Assembly (NCBI GenBank): GCA_016192135.1
Contig: JACPUR010000014.1
Coordinates: forward strand, 10,909 to 74,908
Direction: 5' to 3'
DNA from: Candidatus Tectimicrobiota bacterium
GTDB taxonomy: Bacteria; UBA8248
Length of the DNA: 64,000 nt
Part shown: piece after piece, positions 53,051 to 63,257 of the stretch
How the letters are laid out: each line of letters starts with the position of its first letter
Numbering within the stretch: the first letter of the stretch is position 1
The notes under the pieces: generated by a model
Seen by the model: only the letters and a program-made list of their open reading frames with translations
What the model was told of the DNA's origin: nothing
Databases searched by the model: none
Program-made: the position numbers and the translations under genes

Positions 53051-56000
53051 TTGTCTTTACTCCACATCCGGACGCGGGGGCGCGGAAACCGTCGCGGGCT
53101 TGTTCCCGGAGGCCTGGAGGAAGCAGGAAACCCGAGGCCGATCTTGAAAACCTCCCTGAACATCCTGAGGGCGCCGAAACCTTTCCGCTGGCTGGCGGCG
53201 GGGGCCGCCCTTTGCATCCTCCTTCTGTGCCTGATCGGCGGCTCCTTCTCCATCTGGCTCATGAAGAACATGCTGGCGGGCAACGAAGCCCGGCATTTCA
53301 CGGATCATCTGCGCGGAGAGTTCCGGGACCGCATTTCGCCGGAGGACCTGCAGCCGGTCTTTTCCCCGCGCGCCGTCTCGGCGCTGGATGTCCTCTTCCA
53401 TGGTTCCATGCTCGCCCGGACGGAGAAGCTCAAGCGCCTGCGGCTCTGGAGCACCGAGGGGAGGCTTCTTTGGGATTCCCATCCGGGCGCGGAGGAGGTG
53501 GCCCCGCCGGCGGAGGCGCTCGGCGAGGCGCACCGGGAGGGGGTCGCCTTCCGCTTGGATCCGCCGAACACCTTCCTCTCGGCCTTCCAGCCCGCTCCCT
53601 CCCCCCTCTATCTTGTGAGCCGGGCGCCCATCGCGGGCCCGGACGCCGAGTCCGCGGGCCATTCCGTCGGATTCGTGCTCGAAACCGTTTCCGAGCCCCT
53701 CGTCCTGAAGACGGAGCTGGCCGATTATGAAACCCACGTCTGGCTGGTCAGCGGTTTCCTGGGCCTGCTGGGAACGTCATTCATCCTATGGGGCCTGGCG
53801 GTCCTGGGGCGCCTGCACGTCACGGTCACCCGGCAGGCCGCGCAGGGGCTGCTCACCAGCAAGATCACGAAAGTCCTGAGCGCCGACCTCGACCCGGATC
53901 GCCTGTTCCGCGACATCCTCCGGGAAATCCGTCACGCCATCCCCTGTGACCGCATCGTCATCGCCGGGGTGGACCCCGCCACGAAAGAGCACCGCATCTG
54001 GCACATCGAGCACACGCTCCCCGTCCCCACCCTCTCCGCCGAGGAGGAGCGGGAGACGGGAGAGTGGTATCTGCGGAATGTGTATTCCCCGATGCGGCCG
54101 GTCAATTTCCCGGACCTGGAGCGGGTGGATACTTCCTGGAGCCGGCGGCTGCTCAAGGCCGGACTTAAGAGCTCCTTCGTCCTGCCCATCCGCCAGGACG
54201 AGGGAAAGGGATTTTACATCCACCTCGGGCTCGCATGGACGAGGAAGGGGGGGGGGGACGCCGAGGGGGCGGAGCTCCTCTCCTCGCTGGCGGGCCACCT
54301 CGGTTCGGCCGTGCGCAACGCGGCGCTGTTCCGGATGGCCGAGACGCGCGCCTCCCGGCTGGCCACCCTCAATATCCTCAGCCAGAAGATCACCCAGAAC
54401 GTGGACCTCCGGGAGACCCTGGACGCCATCGTGAACGCCGCCGCCGAGCTCCTCGGCGCCGACATCTCCCGGGCGTTCCTCCTGGAAGAAGATACGGGCA
54501 TCCTCATCCCCCATGCCCACGCAGGCCGGATCCCCCCCCCTTCCTCCCCGCCGGGCACGCTGCGGGCCGGAAAAGGCGTCATCGGCCGGGTGGTGGCCTC
54601 CGGGAAGCCGATGATCCTGGAGGACGTACAGCAGGCCGCCGAGTGGCAGCTGGAGGATTGGGTCCGGGACCACGGCCTCCACGCCTACATCGCCTACCCC
54701 CTGCGCCTCGGGGAGAAGTCGTTCGGGGCCATCTACTGCCTCTCGTCCAGGAGCGGCATTTTCACCCAGGAAGACCTGGGGCTCCTGGGCTCTTTCTCCT
54801 TCCAGGCCGCCATCGCCATCGAGAAGGCGCGGCTGTTCGCGGAAACCCGGCAGCGGGCGCTGCGCCTGGAGCTGGCGGGCCAGATCACCAAGGCTCTCGC
54901 CTCCACCCTCAGGCCCTCCGAGCTGTTCCGGACGATGATCCGCGAGATCCGGCGGGCCGTCCCCTGCGAGCGCTGCGTCATCGGCTCGTTCAGCCGCGAT
55001 ACCCGCCATATCCACGCCTGGCACTTCGAGTCGGACATCGATCCGCCGTTCCGGGCCGATCCCTTCGACGAGGAGGGGGTGTGGTGGGACAGGGACGTAT
55101 ACGAGATGAAGCGCGTGGTGAACCAGCCCGACATCAGCGTCATCCCGCACGCGCGCGCGCGGCAGATGGCGGAGGCGGGGATAAAAAGCATCATCGCCAT
55201 GCCCATCCTGCAGGACGGCGAATGCGCCGCCCACATATTACTGAGCAGCACGAGGCCCGCCAACTTCACGCACGACCACGAGCGGCTGCTTCAATCCCTC
55301 TCCGACCTCTTCGGCATGGCCATCCGGAACGCCATGCTCTATCAGGCATCGGAGGAGAAGACCTCGCGCCTCGAGATCACCGGCGAGATCGCCAAGGCCC
55401 TGGGCTCCTCGCTCGAACCCGAACAGCTTTTCCAGACCATCGTCCGCGAGATCCGCAAGGTGATCCCCTGCGAGCGATGCGTGATCGCCCGCCTGGATCT
55501 CGCCGGCGCGACGTACCAGTATTTCCATATCGAGAGCGACATCGAGGTTCCCGAGAGGACGGCCGAGGCCGACCGCATCAGCACCCGATGGTTCCACCGG
55601 GAGGTGTACGAAGCAAAGCAGCCAAAGCTTGTTCCGGATCTGTCGAAATGTCTCGATGACGATACGATGAAACCCTGGTCGGAGCGTCTCGTCCGGACCG
55701 GATTGCGCAGCTTCCTGGCCATCCCCATCCTGCAAACTGGGAACAGCATCGCCCACGTTGCGATCTCGAGTGTAAGGGCGAACGCCTTCTCCGGCGCCCA
55801 GATATCCCTACTCACCTCCATCGCCCAGCATATCGGCTCGGCCATCCGGAACGCCATGCTCTATCAGGCGTCGGAGGAGAAGACCTCGCGCCTCGAGATC
55901 ACCGGCGAAATCGCCAAGGCCCTGGGCTCCTCGCTCGAACCGGAGGAGACTTTCCGCACCATCACGAGGGAGATCCGCCGCGCCGTCCCCTGCGAGCGCT

Positions 56001-59000
56001 GCATTATCGCCTCCGTGGAGGCGCGGGGGCCCTTCCCCTCCTACTGGCATACCGACTCCGACATCGATCTCCCGCCTCCCACGCCCGGCGAGGCCGATGC
56101 CCTGCGCGCCATCCTCGTCGAGAAGCTGTACGAGCGAAAGGAGCCCTACTACATCCCCGACATCACCGCCGAGGAGGGCCTGCAGGACCGCTTCGTCCAG
56201 CTCGGCTTCCGCAGCCAGCTGTTCATCCCCGTCCTCGACGGCTCCGTCTGCATCGCGCACATCGCCCTCACGAGCTTTCAAAAGAACGCATTCTCGCCCG
56301 CGCAGCACGAGCTCCTCGCCTCCATCGCGGCCTATGTCGGCCCCGCCATCCGAAACGCCAAGCTCTACCGCACGGCCGGGGAGCGGGCGGCGCGCCTCTC
56401 GGTCCTGAACGAGCTGAACCGGAAGATCTCGGAGAACCTCGATCTGGGCGAGGCGCTGAACAGCATCACCCAGGCTGTCGCCACCCTCCTCCACGCCGAT
56501 TACGCCCGCCTTTTCATGGCGGAGCCGGAGACCAAGGAGCTCGTGCTCCAGGCCGCCGTCGGCGCCATCCCCTGGCCCCCGGGGCTGAGAGCCGTCATCC
56601 CGCCCCAGTCGAGCCTGGCGGGCTGGGTGCTCGAAAACGAGAAGCCGGTCCTGATCTCCGATCTCGCGGCGGATTCACGCTGGGAGCCCATGCCCTGGGA
56701 GTGGATCCCCGCGGGCTCGGTCCGCTCGGCCATCGCCTACCCGCTCACGCAAAGCGGCCGGCCCGCCGGCGTCATCCTGGCGCTCGCCCAGGCGGCCGGA
56801 GCGTTCGCCGAGGAGGACCTGGCCCTGCTGGGCGGCCTGGCGTCCCAGGCCTCCATCGCCGTCGAGAAGGCGGTGCACTTCTCCGCGGCGCGGGAGCGGG
56901 CCGTCCGGCTGAGCGTGCTGAACCAGCTCAATCAGAAGATCATCGCCACCCATTCCCTGGACGACATCCTAAACGCCCTCCTCCAGGCGGCCGCCGAGCT
57001 CCTGAAGGGGGAGCACACCCACATCTTTCTCTACGACGAGGCGGAGGACCGCCTGAAGCTGCGGGCCACCTACGGCCGGCCGCCGACGCTGGATGGGCAG
57101 ATTCTCACCCTCCGGCCGGGCGAGGGCATCGGCGGCCGCGTGTTCGCGACCGGCCTTCCGGTCAATATGCGCGACGTGAACGAGGAGCCCAACTGGCTCA
57201 CGGCCGACTGGTCGCGCGAGACGGGCATCCGCTCCTGCATTTCGCAGCCGCTGAGCCAGCGCGGGCGGAACATCGGCATCATCAACTGCTTTTCGGTGAA
57301 GCCGGGTTTCTTCAGCGAGGAGGACGTCAACCTCCTGGGCGCCCTCGCCTCCCAGACCGCCATCGCGATCGAGAAGACGGACCTCCTCAGGCAGGCGCAA
57401 GAGCGCGCGGCCCGCCTCGAGCTGGCCGGCGAGATCGCGCGGGCGCTGAGTTCCTCCCTGGAGCCCGAGCACGTCTTCCGCGTCATCGTGAGCGAGATCC
57501 GGAAGGCCATCCCCTGCGAGCGGTGCGTCATCGCCCGCCTCGATCCCGGCACCAATGCCTATCTCTACCTGCACGTCGAATCGGACGTCTCCGTCGAGCC
57601 GGCGCCGGAGGGGGGCGCGACGCGGGGAACGTGGTTCCACCGCGAGGTCTACCAGACGCTGCGCCCCAAGTTCGTCCCCGACCTGAGCCAAATGCACGAC
57701 GAGGCCATGACGCCGTGGTCGGACCGGCTCGTGAGCGCGGGCCTGCGGAGCCTCTTGATCGTGCCCATCCTGCAAGACGGGCGCTGCATCGCCCACATCT
57801 CCCTCACTTCCACGCGGGCGAACGCCTTCTCGCGGGAGCAAATCGATCTCCTCACCTCGATCGCCCAGCACATCGGCTCGGCGATCCGCAACACCTCCCT
57901 CTACCGGACCGCCGAGCAGCGGGCCTCCCGGCTCCTGGTCCTGAACCGCCTCAACCGGCACATCACCGAGAACCTCGCCTTGGACGAGACGCTGGGCAGC
58001 ATCGTCCACGCCTCCTATGACCTGCTCGGGGCGGACCTGGCGCGCCTGTACCTGGTCGACGAGTCCTCCAACCGCGTAATCCAGCGCGCCGCCTACGGAA
58101 ACGTCCCGATGGACCGGAACATGCGCCAGTCCTTCCGGACAGGGGAGGGAATCACGGGCAGCGTCGTGGAGACGGGGGAGGCCCTTCTCGTCCCCGACAT
58201 CCTGAACGATCCCCGCTGGCTTTCGACCGACTGGGCGCGCGCGAACGGCCTCCATTCCTTCATCGTCCAGCCCCTGCGCCAGGGCGCGCGCATCATCGGC
58301 GTCCTCAACTGCGTGTCCCGGAAGATCGGCCTCTTCTCGAAACCCGACCTGGAGCTCCTGGGCGCCCTGGCCTCCCAGGCCGCCATCGCCGTGCAGAACG
58401 CGCGCCTGCACGACGAGGAGAAGCGCAGCCGCGAGTTCCTGAACAGCGTGGTGGGGGACACGTCCGATCCCATCACCATCACCAACCTGGACCGAACCAT
58501 ACTGCTCTGGAACTCCGGCGCCGAGGCGCTCTACGGGTACACCGAGCCCGAGGCGCTTGGCCGCAAGGTGGACATCATCATTCCTGAAGAGGACATGGCG
58601 AGGAACAAGACGATCACCGCCCGAGTGATCGCCGAGAAGCTCCCCTACACCTACGAAACCCAGCGCCTCCGCAAGGACGGCGCGCCCATCCCCGTGAGCA
58701 TCACCATATCGCCCGTGCAGGACGAGCGGGGAGAGGTGGTGGCCCTGGCCGGAATCCACAAGGACCTCTCCGAGTGGAAGCGGGCCGAGCGCGCGCTGCA
58801 GGAGGCGAAGGAGGAGGCCGAGGCCGCCAACCGGGCGAAGAGCGTCTTCCTCTCGAACCTGAACCACGAGCTCCGCTCCCCGCTGAACGTCATCACGGGC
58901 CTGAGCGATATCCTCCGCCTGGAGGCCCGGGACGGCGAAACCGCCCAGGTCGCGCAGAAGGTCCGCGAGGCGGGGGAGCACATGCTCAGCCTGATCGAGG

Positions 59001-59983
59001 ACCTGCTGGACCTGGACCGGATATCGACGGGCAAGCTGAGCCTCCAGCTGCGGGACGCCCCCGTCGACTCGCTGGTGCGCTCCGCCGTCGAGGGGCGGAT
59101 TCCCCAGCTGCCCTGCGGCTTCACCCTGGTGAGCGACCTCCGGTCGGAGGATTACGCGGTCCGCTGCGATCTCACGCGCTTCCATCAGATTCTCGGCAAC
59201 CTCCTCGACAACGCCGTCAAGTACTCCCCCTCCGGCGGCACCATCACCGTCCGGACCGAGCGGCGCGGGGAGGAGGCGTGGATCTCGGTCCAGGACGAGG
59301 GCATCGGCGTCGGTCCGGAGGAGGCCCGCATCATCTTCGAGCGCTTCGCCCAGCTCGAGTCCGGCGGCGCCCACCGGGGCGGCGGACTGGGCATCGGGCT
59401 CCACCTGGTGAAGCAGCTCCTCGGCCTCCAGGGCGGCCGCATCTGGGTGGAGGGCGAAAAAGGCTCCGGCAGCATCTTCACGTTTTCCCTTCCGCTGTGC
59501 ATCCCCGCCCCCCCGGCCGGGGGTGGGGAGAACGGCGAGGCGGGTCCGCCCGCGGCCGAAGCGGACGAGCCCTGGGAAGGCGCCTCGGTGCTCGTGGTCG
59601 AGGGCCAGACGCCCTTCCACGGCTACCTCAAGGTGCTCATGCGGAACGCGGCCCGCCTGCTTACGGCCCGGGCCGAGGAGGGGCTCGAGCTGGCGCGCAA
59701 GGAGCGGCCCGATCTCATCCTGCTGGACGTGGAGGCCCCGCACGGCGAAGGCCTCCGCCTCCTCCAGCGCCTGAAAAGCCTGCCCGAGACGCGCGGCATT
59801 CCCGCCGTCGCCGTCGCCTCGGAGGCCGCCGGGGCCGGAAGCGGGAACGGCTGGGACCTCGCCGACGGCTTCCTCGCCAGACCCATCGATCCGGTGGCCT
59901 TCCGCCTCGAGATGGGCCGGGTGTTCGCCGGGCGGAAGAAGGCGGAGAGCGCCCCCCATACCCTCCGCGCCCCGGCGGGATGA
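53051..59983 (+). CDS. giant hybrid sensor histidine kinase: 2 TM + periplasmic region, 9 tandem GAF domains, PAS, HisKA, HATPase_c, degenerate receiver
   Basis: 2310-aa ORF. GAF units are recognisable from repeated linkers (RLEI/LTGEIAKALGSSLEPE… and RLSVLNxLNxKI…). PAS (…ITITNLDRTILLWNSGAEALYGYTEPEALG…), H-box (FLSNLNHELRSPLN), N/G boxes (LGNLLDNAVKYSP… …GGGLGIGLHLVKQL) and a C-terminal REC-like fold are present. The start is non-ATG and uncertain (TTG 53051, or TTG 53144 after GAGG). Confidence 0.9.
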   Translation: MSLLHIRTRGRGNRRGLVPGGLEEAGNPRPILKTSLNILRAPKPFRWLAAGAALCILLLCLIGGSFSIWLMKNMLAGNEARHFTDHLRGEFRDRISPEDLQPVFSPRAVSALDVLFHGSMLARTEKLKRLRLWSTEGRLLWDSHPGAEEVAPPAEALGEAHREGVAFRLDPPNTFLSAFQPAPSPLYLVSRAPIAGPDAESAGHSVGFVLETVSEPLVLKTELADYETHVWLVSGFLGLLGTSFILWGLAVLGRLHVTVTRQAAQGLLTSKITKVLSADLDPDRLFRDILREIRHAIPCDRIVIAGVDPATKEHRIWHIEHTLPVPTLSAEEERETGEWYLRNVYSPMRPVNFPDLERVDTSWSRRLLKAGLKSSFVLPIRQDEGKGFYIHLGLAWTRKGGGDAEGAELLSSLAGHLGSAVRNAALFRMAETRASRLATLNILSQKITQNVDLRETLDAIVNAAAELLGADISRAFLLEEDTGILIPHAHAGRIPPPSSPPGTLRAGKGVIGRVVASGKPMILEDVQQAAEWQLEDWVRDHGLHAYIAYPLRLGEKSFGAIYCLSSRSGIFTQEDLGLLGSFSFQAAIAIEKARLFAETRQRALRLELAGQITKALASTLRPSELFRTMIREIRRAVPCERCVIGSFSRDTRHIHAWHFESDIDPPFRADPFDEEGVWWDRDVYEMKRVVNQPDISVIPHARARQMAEAGIKSIIAMPILQDGECAAHILLSSTRPANFTHDHERLLQSLSDLFGMAIRNAMLYQASEEKTSRLEITGEIAKALGSSLEPEQLFQTIVREIRKVIPCERCVIARLDLAGATYQYFHIESDIEVPERTAEADRISTRWFHREVYEAKQPKLVPDLSKCLDDDTMKPWSERLVRTGLRSFLAIPILQTGNSIAHVAISSVRANAFSGAQISLLTSIAQHIGSAIRNAMLYQASEEKTSRLEITGEIAKALGSSLEPEETFRTITREIRRAVPCERCIIASVEARGPFPSYWHTDSDIDLPPPTPGEADALRAILVEKLYERKEPYYIPDITAEEGLQDRFVQLGFRSQLFIPVLDGSVCIAHIALTSFQKNAFSPAQHELLASIAAYVGPAIRNAKLYRTAGERAARLSVLNELNRKISENLDLGEALNSITQAVATLLHADYARLFMAEPETKELVLQAAVGAIPWPPGLRAVIPPQSSLAGWVLENEKPVLISDLAADSRWEPMPWEWIPAGSVRSAIAYPLTQSGRPAGVILALAQAAGAFAEEDLALLGGLASQASIAVEKAVHFSAARERAVRLSVLNQLNQKIIATHSLDDILNALLQAAAELLKGEHTHIFLYDEAEDRLKLRATYGRPPTLDGQILTLRPGEGIGGRVFATGLPVNMRDVNEEPNWLTADWSRETGIRSCISQPLSQRGRNIGIINCFSVKPGFFSEEDVNLLGALASQTAIAIEKTDLLRQAQERAARLELAGEIARALSSSLEPEHVFRVIVSEIRKAIPCERCVIARLDPGTNAYLYLHVESDVSVEPAPEGGATRGTWFHREVYQTLRPKFVPDLSQMHDEAMTPWSDRLVSAGLRSLLIVPILQDGRCIAHISLTSTRANAFSREQIDLLTSIAQHIGSAIRNTSLYRTAEQRASRLLVLNRLNRHITENLALDETLGSIVHASYDLLGADLARLYLVDESSNRVIQRAAYGNVPMDRNMRQSFRTGEGITGSVVETGEALLVPDILNDPRWLSTDWARANGLHSFIVQPLRQGARIIGVLNCVSRKIGLFSKPDLELLGALASQAAIAVQNARLHDEEKRSREFLNSVVGDTSDPITITNLDRTILLWNSGAEALYGYTEPEALGRKVDIIIPEEDMARNKTITARVIAEKLPYTYETQRLRKDGAPIPVSITISPVQDERGEVVALAGIHKDLSEWKRAERALQEAKEEAEAANRAKSVFLSNLNHELRSPLNVITGLSDILRLEARDGETAQVAQKVREAGEHMLSLIEDLLDLDRISTGKLSLQLRDAPVDSLVRSAVEGRIPQLPCGFTLVSDLRSEDYAVRCDLTRFHQILGNLLDNAVKYSPSGGTITVRTERRGEEAWISVQDEGIGVGPEEARIIFERFAQLESGGAHRGGGLGIGLHLVKQLLGLQGGRIWVEGEKGSGSIFTFSLPLCIPAPPAGGGENGEAGPPAAEADEPWEGASVLVVEGQTPFHGYLKVLMRNAARLLTARAEEGLELARKERPDLILLDVEAPHGEGLRLLQRLKSLPETRGIPAVAVASEAAGAGSGNGWDLADGFLARPIDPVAFRLEMGRVFAGRKKAESAPHTLRAPAG

Positions 59984-60080
59984 GGCCCGCCCCCTCCCGC
60001 GTTCCGTCCCCCCCGCGAAATTGATACACTCCGCCGGCGTGATTCCCGCGTCTTCCTAAGTCCCCGATGGAGGCCCGCCC

Positions 60081-61112
60081 ATGAAGGCGATGCTGCTCAA
60101 GGAATTCGGAAAGCCCCTCGCGTGGGAGGAGGTGCCGGAGCCCAGGATCACCGGGCCGCGCCAGGTCCTCGTCCAGGCCAAGACGAACGGGCTGTGCGCC
60201 ACCGACCTCAAGATCTGGGACGGGCTCGTGAAGTCGGCCAAGAAGCCCCTCCTGCTCGGGCACGAGAGCGCGGGGGTCGTCCTGGAGGCGGGCGGCGAGG
60301 TGGAGTCCGTCAAGCCGGGCGACCGGGTGGTCATGGTGGCCAAGCAGACCTGCGGCCGGTGCCGCATGTGCCGGGCGGGCCGGGAGGAGATGTGCCTGCA
60401 GTCGCCGGGGCGAATGGGCTTCGAGATCGACGGCGGCTTCGGCGAGCTGGTGGCCGTCTCCGAGCGGAACCTCGTCAAGGTGGGCTCCTCCGTCGCCATG
60501 GAGGCGGCCTGCCTCATCGGCGGCACCCTCGGCTCTCCCCTTCACGGCATCCGCATGGCGCGGGTCGAGGTCGGCGAGACGGCCGTCGTCTTCGGGCTGG
60601 GTGGCCTGGGCATCCACGCCCTCCAGCTCCTGCGCCACCTGGGCGCGAACGTCATCGGGGTGGACGTGAAGGACGAGAAGCTCGAGGCGGCCCGCGGCCT
60701 GGGCGCGGCCCACACCATCAACGCGCTGCAGGCCGACCCGGTGAAGGCGGTCATGGACCTCACCGGCGGGGTGGGGGCCGACGTGGCCCTCGAGATCGTG
60801 GGGGGCGCCGCCGTGCCTCCCGTCATCGCGCAGTGCATGGAGCTCCTGCGGCCCGGCGGAAGGCTCCTGATCCTGGGCTACCACTACGGCCAGACCGTCC
60901 CCATCGATCCAGCCAAGATGGTCTACAAGTGGATCCAGATCATCGCCTCCCACAACCATTCGGTGCGGGACGTGACGGACGCCGCCAGCCTCGTGAACGA
61001 CGGCCGGGTGAAGGCCGTCATCTCGGGCACCGCCCCCATGCGGGAGGCCAACGAGGCCCTGGGCTCGCTCCGCAAGGGGGACCCGGTCGGGCGCCTCGTT
61101 CTGCAGTGGTAG
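60081..61112 (+). CDS. zinc-dependent alcohol dehydrogenase (MDR family)
   Basis: …NGLCATDLKIWDG… …GHESAGVV… …CGRCRMCRAGREEMC… …VFGLGGLGIHALQL…. Confidence 0.9.
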   Translation: MKAMLLKEFGKPLAWEEVPEPRITGPRQVLVQAKTNGLCATDLKIWDGLVKSAKKPLLLGHESAGVVLEAGGEVESVKPGDRVVMVAKQTCGRCRMCRAGREEMCLQSPGRMGFEIDGGFGELVAVSERNLVKVGSSVAMEAACLIGGTLGSPLHGIRMARVEVGETAVVFGLGGLGIHALQLLRHLGANVIGVDVKDEKLEAARGLGAAHTINALQADPVKAVMDLTGGVGADVALEIVGGAAVPPVIAQCMELLRPGGRLLILGYHYGQTVPIDPAKMVYKWIQIIASHNHSVRDVTDAASLVNDGRVKAVISGTAPMREANEALGSLRKGDPVGRLVLQW

Positions 61113-61127
61113 GCGGTCCCAGTCTGT

Positions 61128-61311
61128 GTAGGGGCGGTGCCTGCCGGGGTGCGCGATGATGAAGGGCAGCGCGGGAAGACGCGACACACACACGATGCGT
61201 CGAGGTTTTCCCCTTCCCGCCGGGAGGGGACTAGGGGAGGGAAAGCCGCCGGATGCCTGCTCCCCCACCCCCGGAGGGGGAGTGTAGGGGCGGTTCGCGA
61301 ACCGCCCCTAC
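61128..61311. repeat. intergenic repeat block (family A and family C units)
   Basis: GTAGGGGCGGTGCCTGCCGGGG…, CCCCTTCCCGCCGGGAGGGGACTAGGGGAGGG, and GTAGGGGCGGTTCGCGAACCGCCCCTAC (61284-61311). Confidence 0.6.
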
Positions 61312-61446
61312 AAGGCGCGGCGCCTCCTTTGGCCGAGGCGCCCTCTCCGCCTTCCGGCCCCCCCCGGTCCTGTGCCATACTTCCGCCGCTTGGGAGAGGG
61401 CCCTCCCGCTTCAACGCGCCGCGCCCGCGGCCTGAGGACGGAGGCA

Positions 61447-62838
61447 ATGGGAAACCGAATCGAAACCGACAGCATGGGGCAGATCGAGGTCCCCGACGAC
61501 AGGTACTACGGCGCGCAGACGGCCCGCTCGCTCATCCACTTCAACATCGGCGGCGACCGCTTCCCGCGCGAGATCGTCCGCGCGCTCGGCATCCTCAAGA
61601 AGGCCGCCGCCCTCGCCAACGAGGAGATCGGCTCCCTCTCCGCCGACAAGGCCAGGCTCATCGTCCGGGCGGCGGACGAGGTGATCGAGGGCAAGCTCGA
61701 CGACCACTTCCCGCTCCGCGTGTGGCAGACGGGCAGCGGCACCCAGACGAACATGAACGCCAACGAGGTCATCTCGAACCGCGCCATCGAGCTGGCCGGG
61801 GGCAAGATGGGCTCGAAGAAGCCCGTCCATCCCAACGACGACGTGAACAAGGCGCAGTCCTCGAACGACACCTTCCCGACGGCCATGCACATCGCCGCGG
61901 CCGAGCAGCTCACGAAGCGCCTCCTGCCCGCCGTGGAGGGCCTGCGGAAGACCCTCGCCGGGAAGGCGGCGGAGTTCGGGAGCATCATCAAGATCGGGCG
62001 CACCCACCTCATGGACGCCGTGCCCCTCACCCTGGGGCAGGAATTCTCGGGCTACGCCGCCCAGCTCGGGAGCTGCGATGGCCGCGTCCGCGCCACCCTG
62101 GACGGCCTCTTCGACCTGGCGCTCGGGGGGACGGCGGTGGGCACGGGGCTCAACACCCATCCCCGGTTCTCGGAGAAGGCCTGCGCCCACATCGCGAAGA
62201 TGACGGGCCTCCCCTTCCGCTCCGCGCCCAACAAGTTCGAGGCCCTGGCCGCCCACGACGCCCTGGTGTTCGCCCACGGCGCCCTCAAGACGCTGGCCGC
62301 CGCCCTGATGAAGATCGCCAACGACATCCGCTGGCTGGCCTCGGGACCGCGCTCGGGCATCGGGGAGCTGCGCATCCCCGAGAACGAGCCGGGGAGCTCC
62401 ATCATGCCCGGCAAGGTGAACCCCACCCAGAGCGAGGCGATGACCATGGTCTGCGCCCAGGTGATGGGGAACGACACGGCCGTGAACCTGGGCGGGGCGA
62501 TGGGGAACTTCGAGCTCAACGTCTTCAAGCCCCTCATCATCTTCAACTTCCTGAACTCGGTGCGGCTCATGGCCGACGCCTGCGACTCCTTCGACGAGCA
62601 CTGCGCGCGGGGCATCGAGGCGAACCGCGATGTCATCGAGGGCCACCTGAAGCGCTCCCTCATGCTGGTCACGGCGCTCAATCCCCACATCGGCTACGAC
62701 AACGCGGCCAAGGTGGCCAAGAAGGCCTTCGCCGAGAACATCACGCTGAGGGAGGCCGCCGTGGCGCTGGGCCTCCTCACGGCCGAGAAGTTCGACGAGA
62801 TCGTGCGGCCCGAGAGGATGATCGGGCCGGAGGGCTGA
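61447..62838 (+). CDS. fumC: class II fumarate hydratase
   Basis: [25 protein letters not shown]… …[17 protein letters not shown]… …[16 protein letters not shown]… (the fumarate lyase signature). Confidence 0.95.
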   Translation: MGNRIETDSMGQIEVPDDRYYGAQTARSLIHFNIGGDRFPREIVRALGILKKAAALANEEIGSLSADKARLIVRAADEVIEGKLDDHFPLRVWQTGSGTQTNMNANEVISNRAIELAGGKMGSKKPVHPNDDVNKAQSSNDTFPTAMHIAAAEQLTKRLLPAVEGLRKTLAGKAAEFGSIIKIGRTHLMDAVPLTLGQEFSGYAAQLGSCDGRVRATLDGLFDLALGGTAVGTGLNTHPRFSEKACAHIAKMTGLPFRSAPNKFEALAAHDALVFAHGALKTLAAALMKIANDIRWLASGPRSGIGELRIPENEPGSSIMPGKVNPTQSEAMTMVCAQVMGNDTAVNLGGAMGNFELNVFKPLIIFNFLNSVRLMADACDSFDEHCARGIEANRDVIEGHLKRSLMLVTALNPHIGYDNAAKVAKKAFAENITLREAAVALGLLTAEKFDEIVRPERMIGPEG

Positions 62839-62865
62839 GAGGCCCTCGGAGCTCCGGCGGAAATG

Positions 62866-62893
62866 AAAAAGCCCCCCGCGCGGGGGGCTTTTT
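62866..62893. terminator. bidirectional intrinsic terminator
   Basis: AAAAA-GCCCCCCGCGCGGGGGGC-TTTTT between convergent fumC and the XRE gene. Confidence 0.8.
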
Positions 62894-62933
62894 CGCACCG
62901 GGACGACGGGAGAAAGAAATCCCGCGCGCTTTC

Positions 62934-63257
62934 CTACTTCCGGGCCAGCCGCTCCGCCATCCGGAGCATCATTGCCTGGTCCTTCCTCTCCAGGTTCACC
63001 CAGATAGCCCTGAGCCGTTCCCACTGGACGGAATAGGTCTCGCGGCTGGTGTCGAACTGCTCGCCCCGGATGGCCGCCCAGACCTCGGCCTCGGATTTCT
63101 CGAGGGCGGCGGCCAAGCGGGCGACCGTGTCCCCGGCGGGGATGTCCCCGAACTTCTCGATCCGGTAGATGGTCCGGGCCGAAATCTGCGCCTTCGCGCC
63201 GAGCTTTTCGCGGGAGAGCCCCGCTTCCTTCCGAAGCTTGAAAAGGCCCTGAGGCAT
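62934..63257 (-). CDS. XRE-family HTH transcriptional regulator
   Basis: LRKEAGLSREKLGAKAQISARTIYRIEKFGD… ATG 63257 follows GGGAGG. Confidence 0.75.
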   Translation of the reverse strand: MPQGLFKLRKEAGLSREKLGAKAQISARTIYRIEKFGDIPAGDTVARLAAALEKSEAEVWAAIRGEQFDTSRETYSVQWERLRAIWVNLERKDQAMMLRMAERLARK

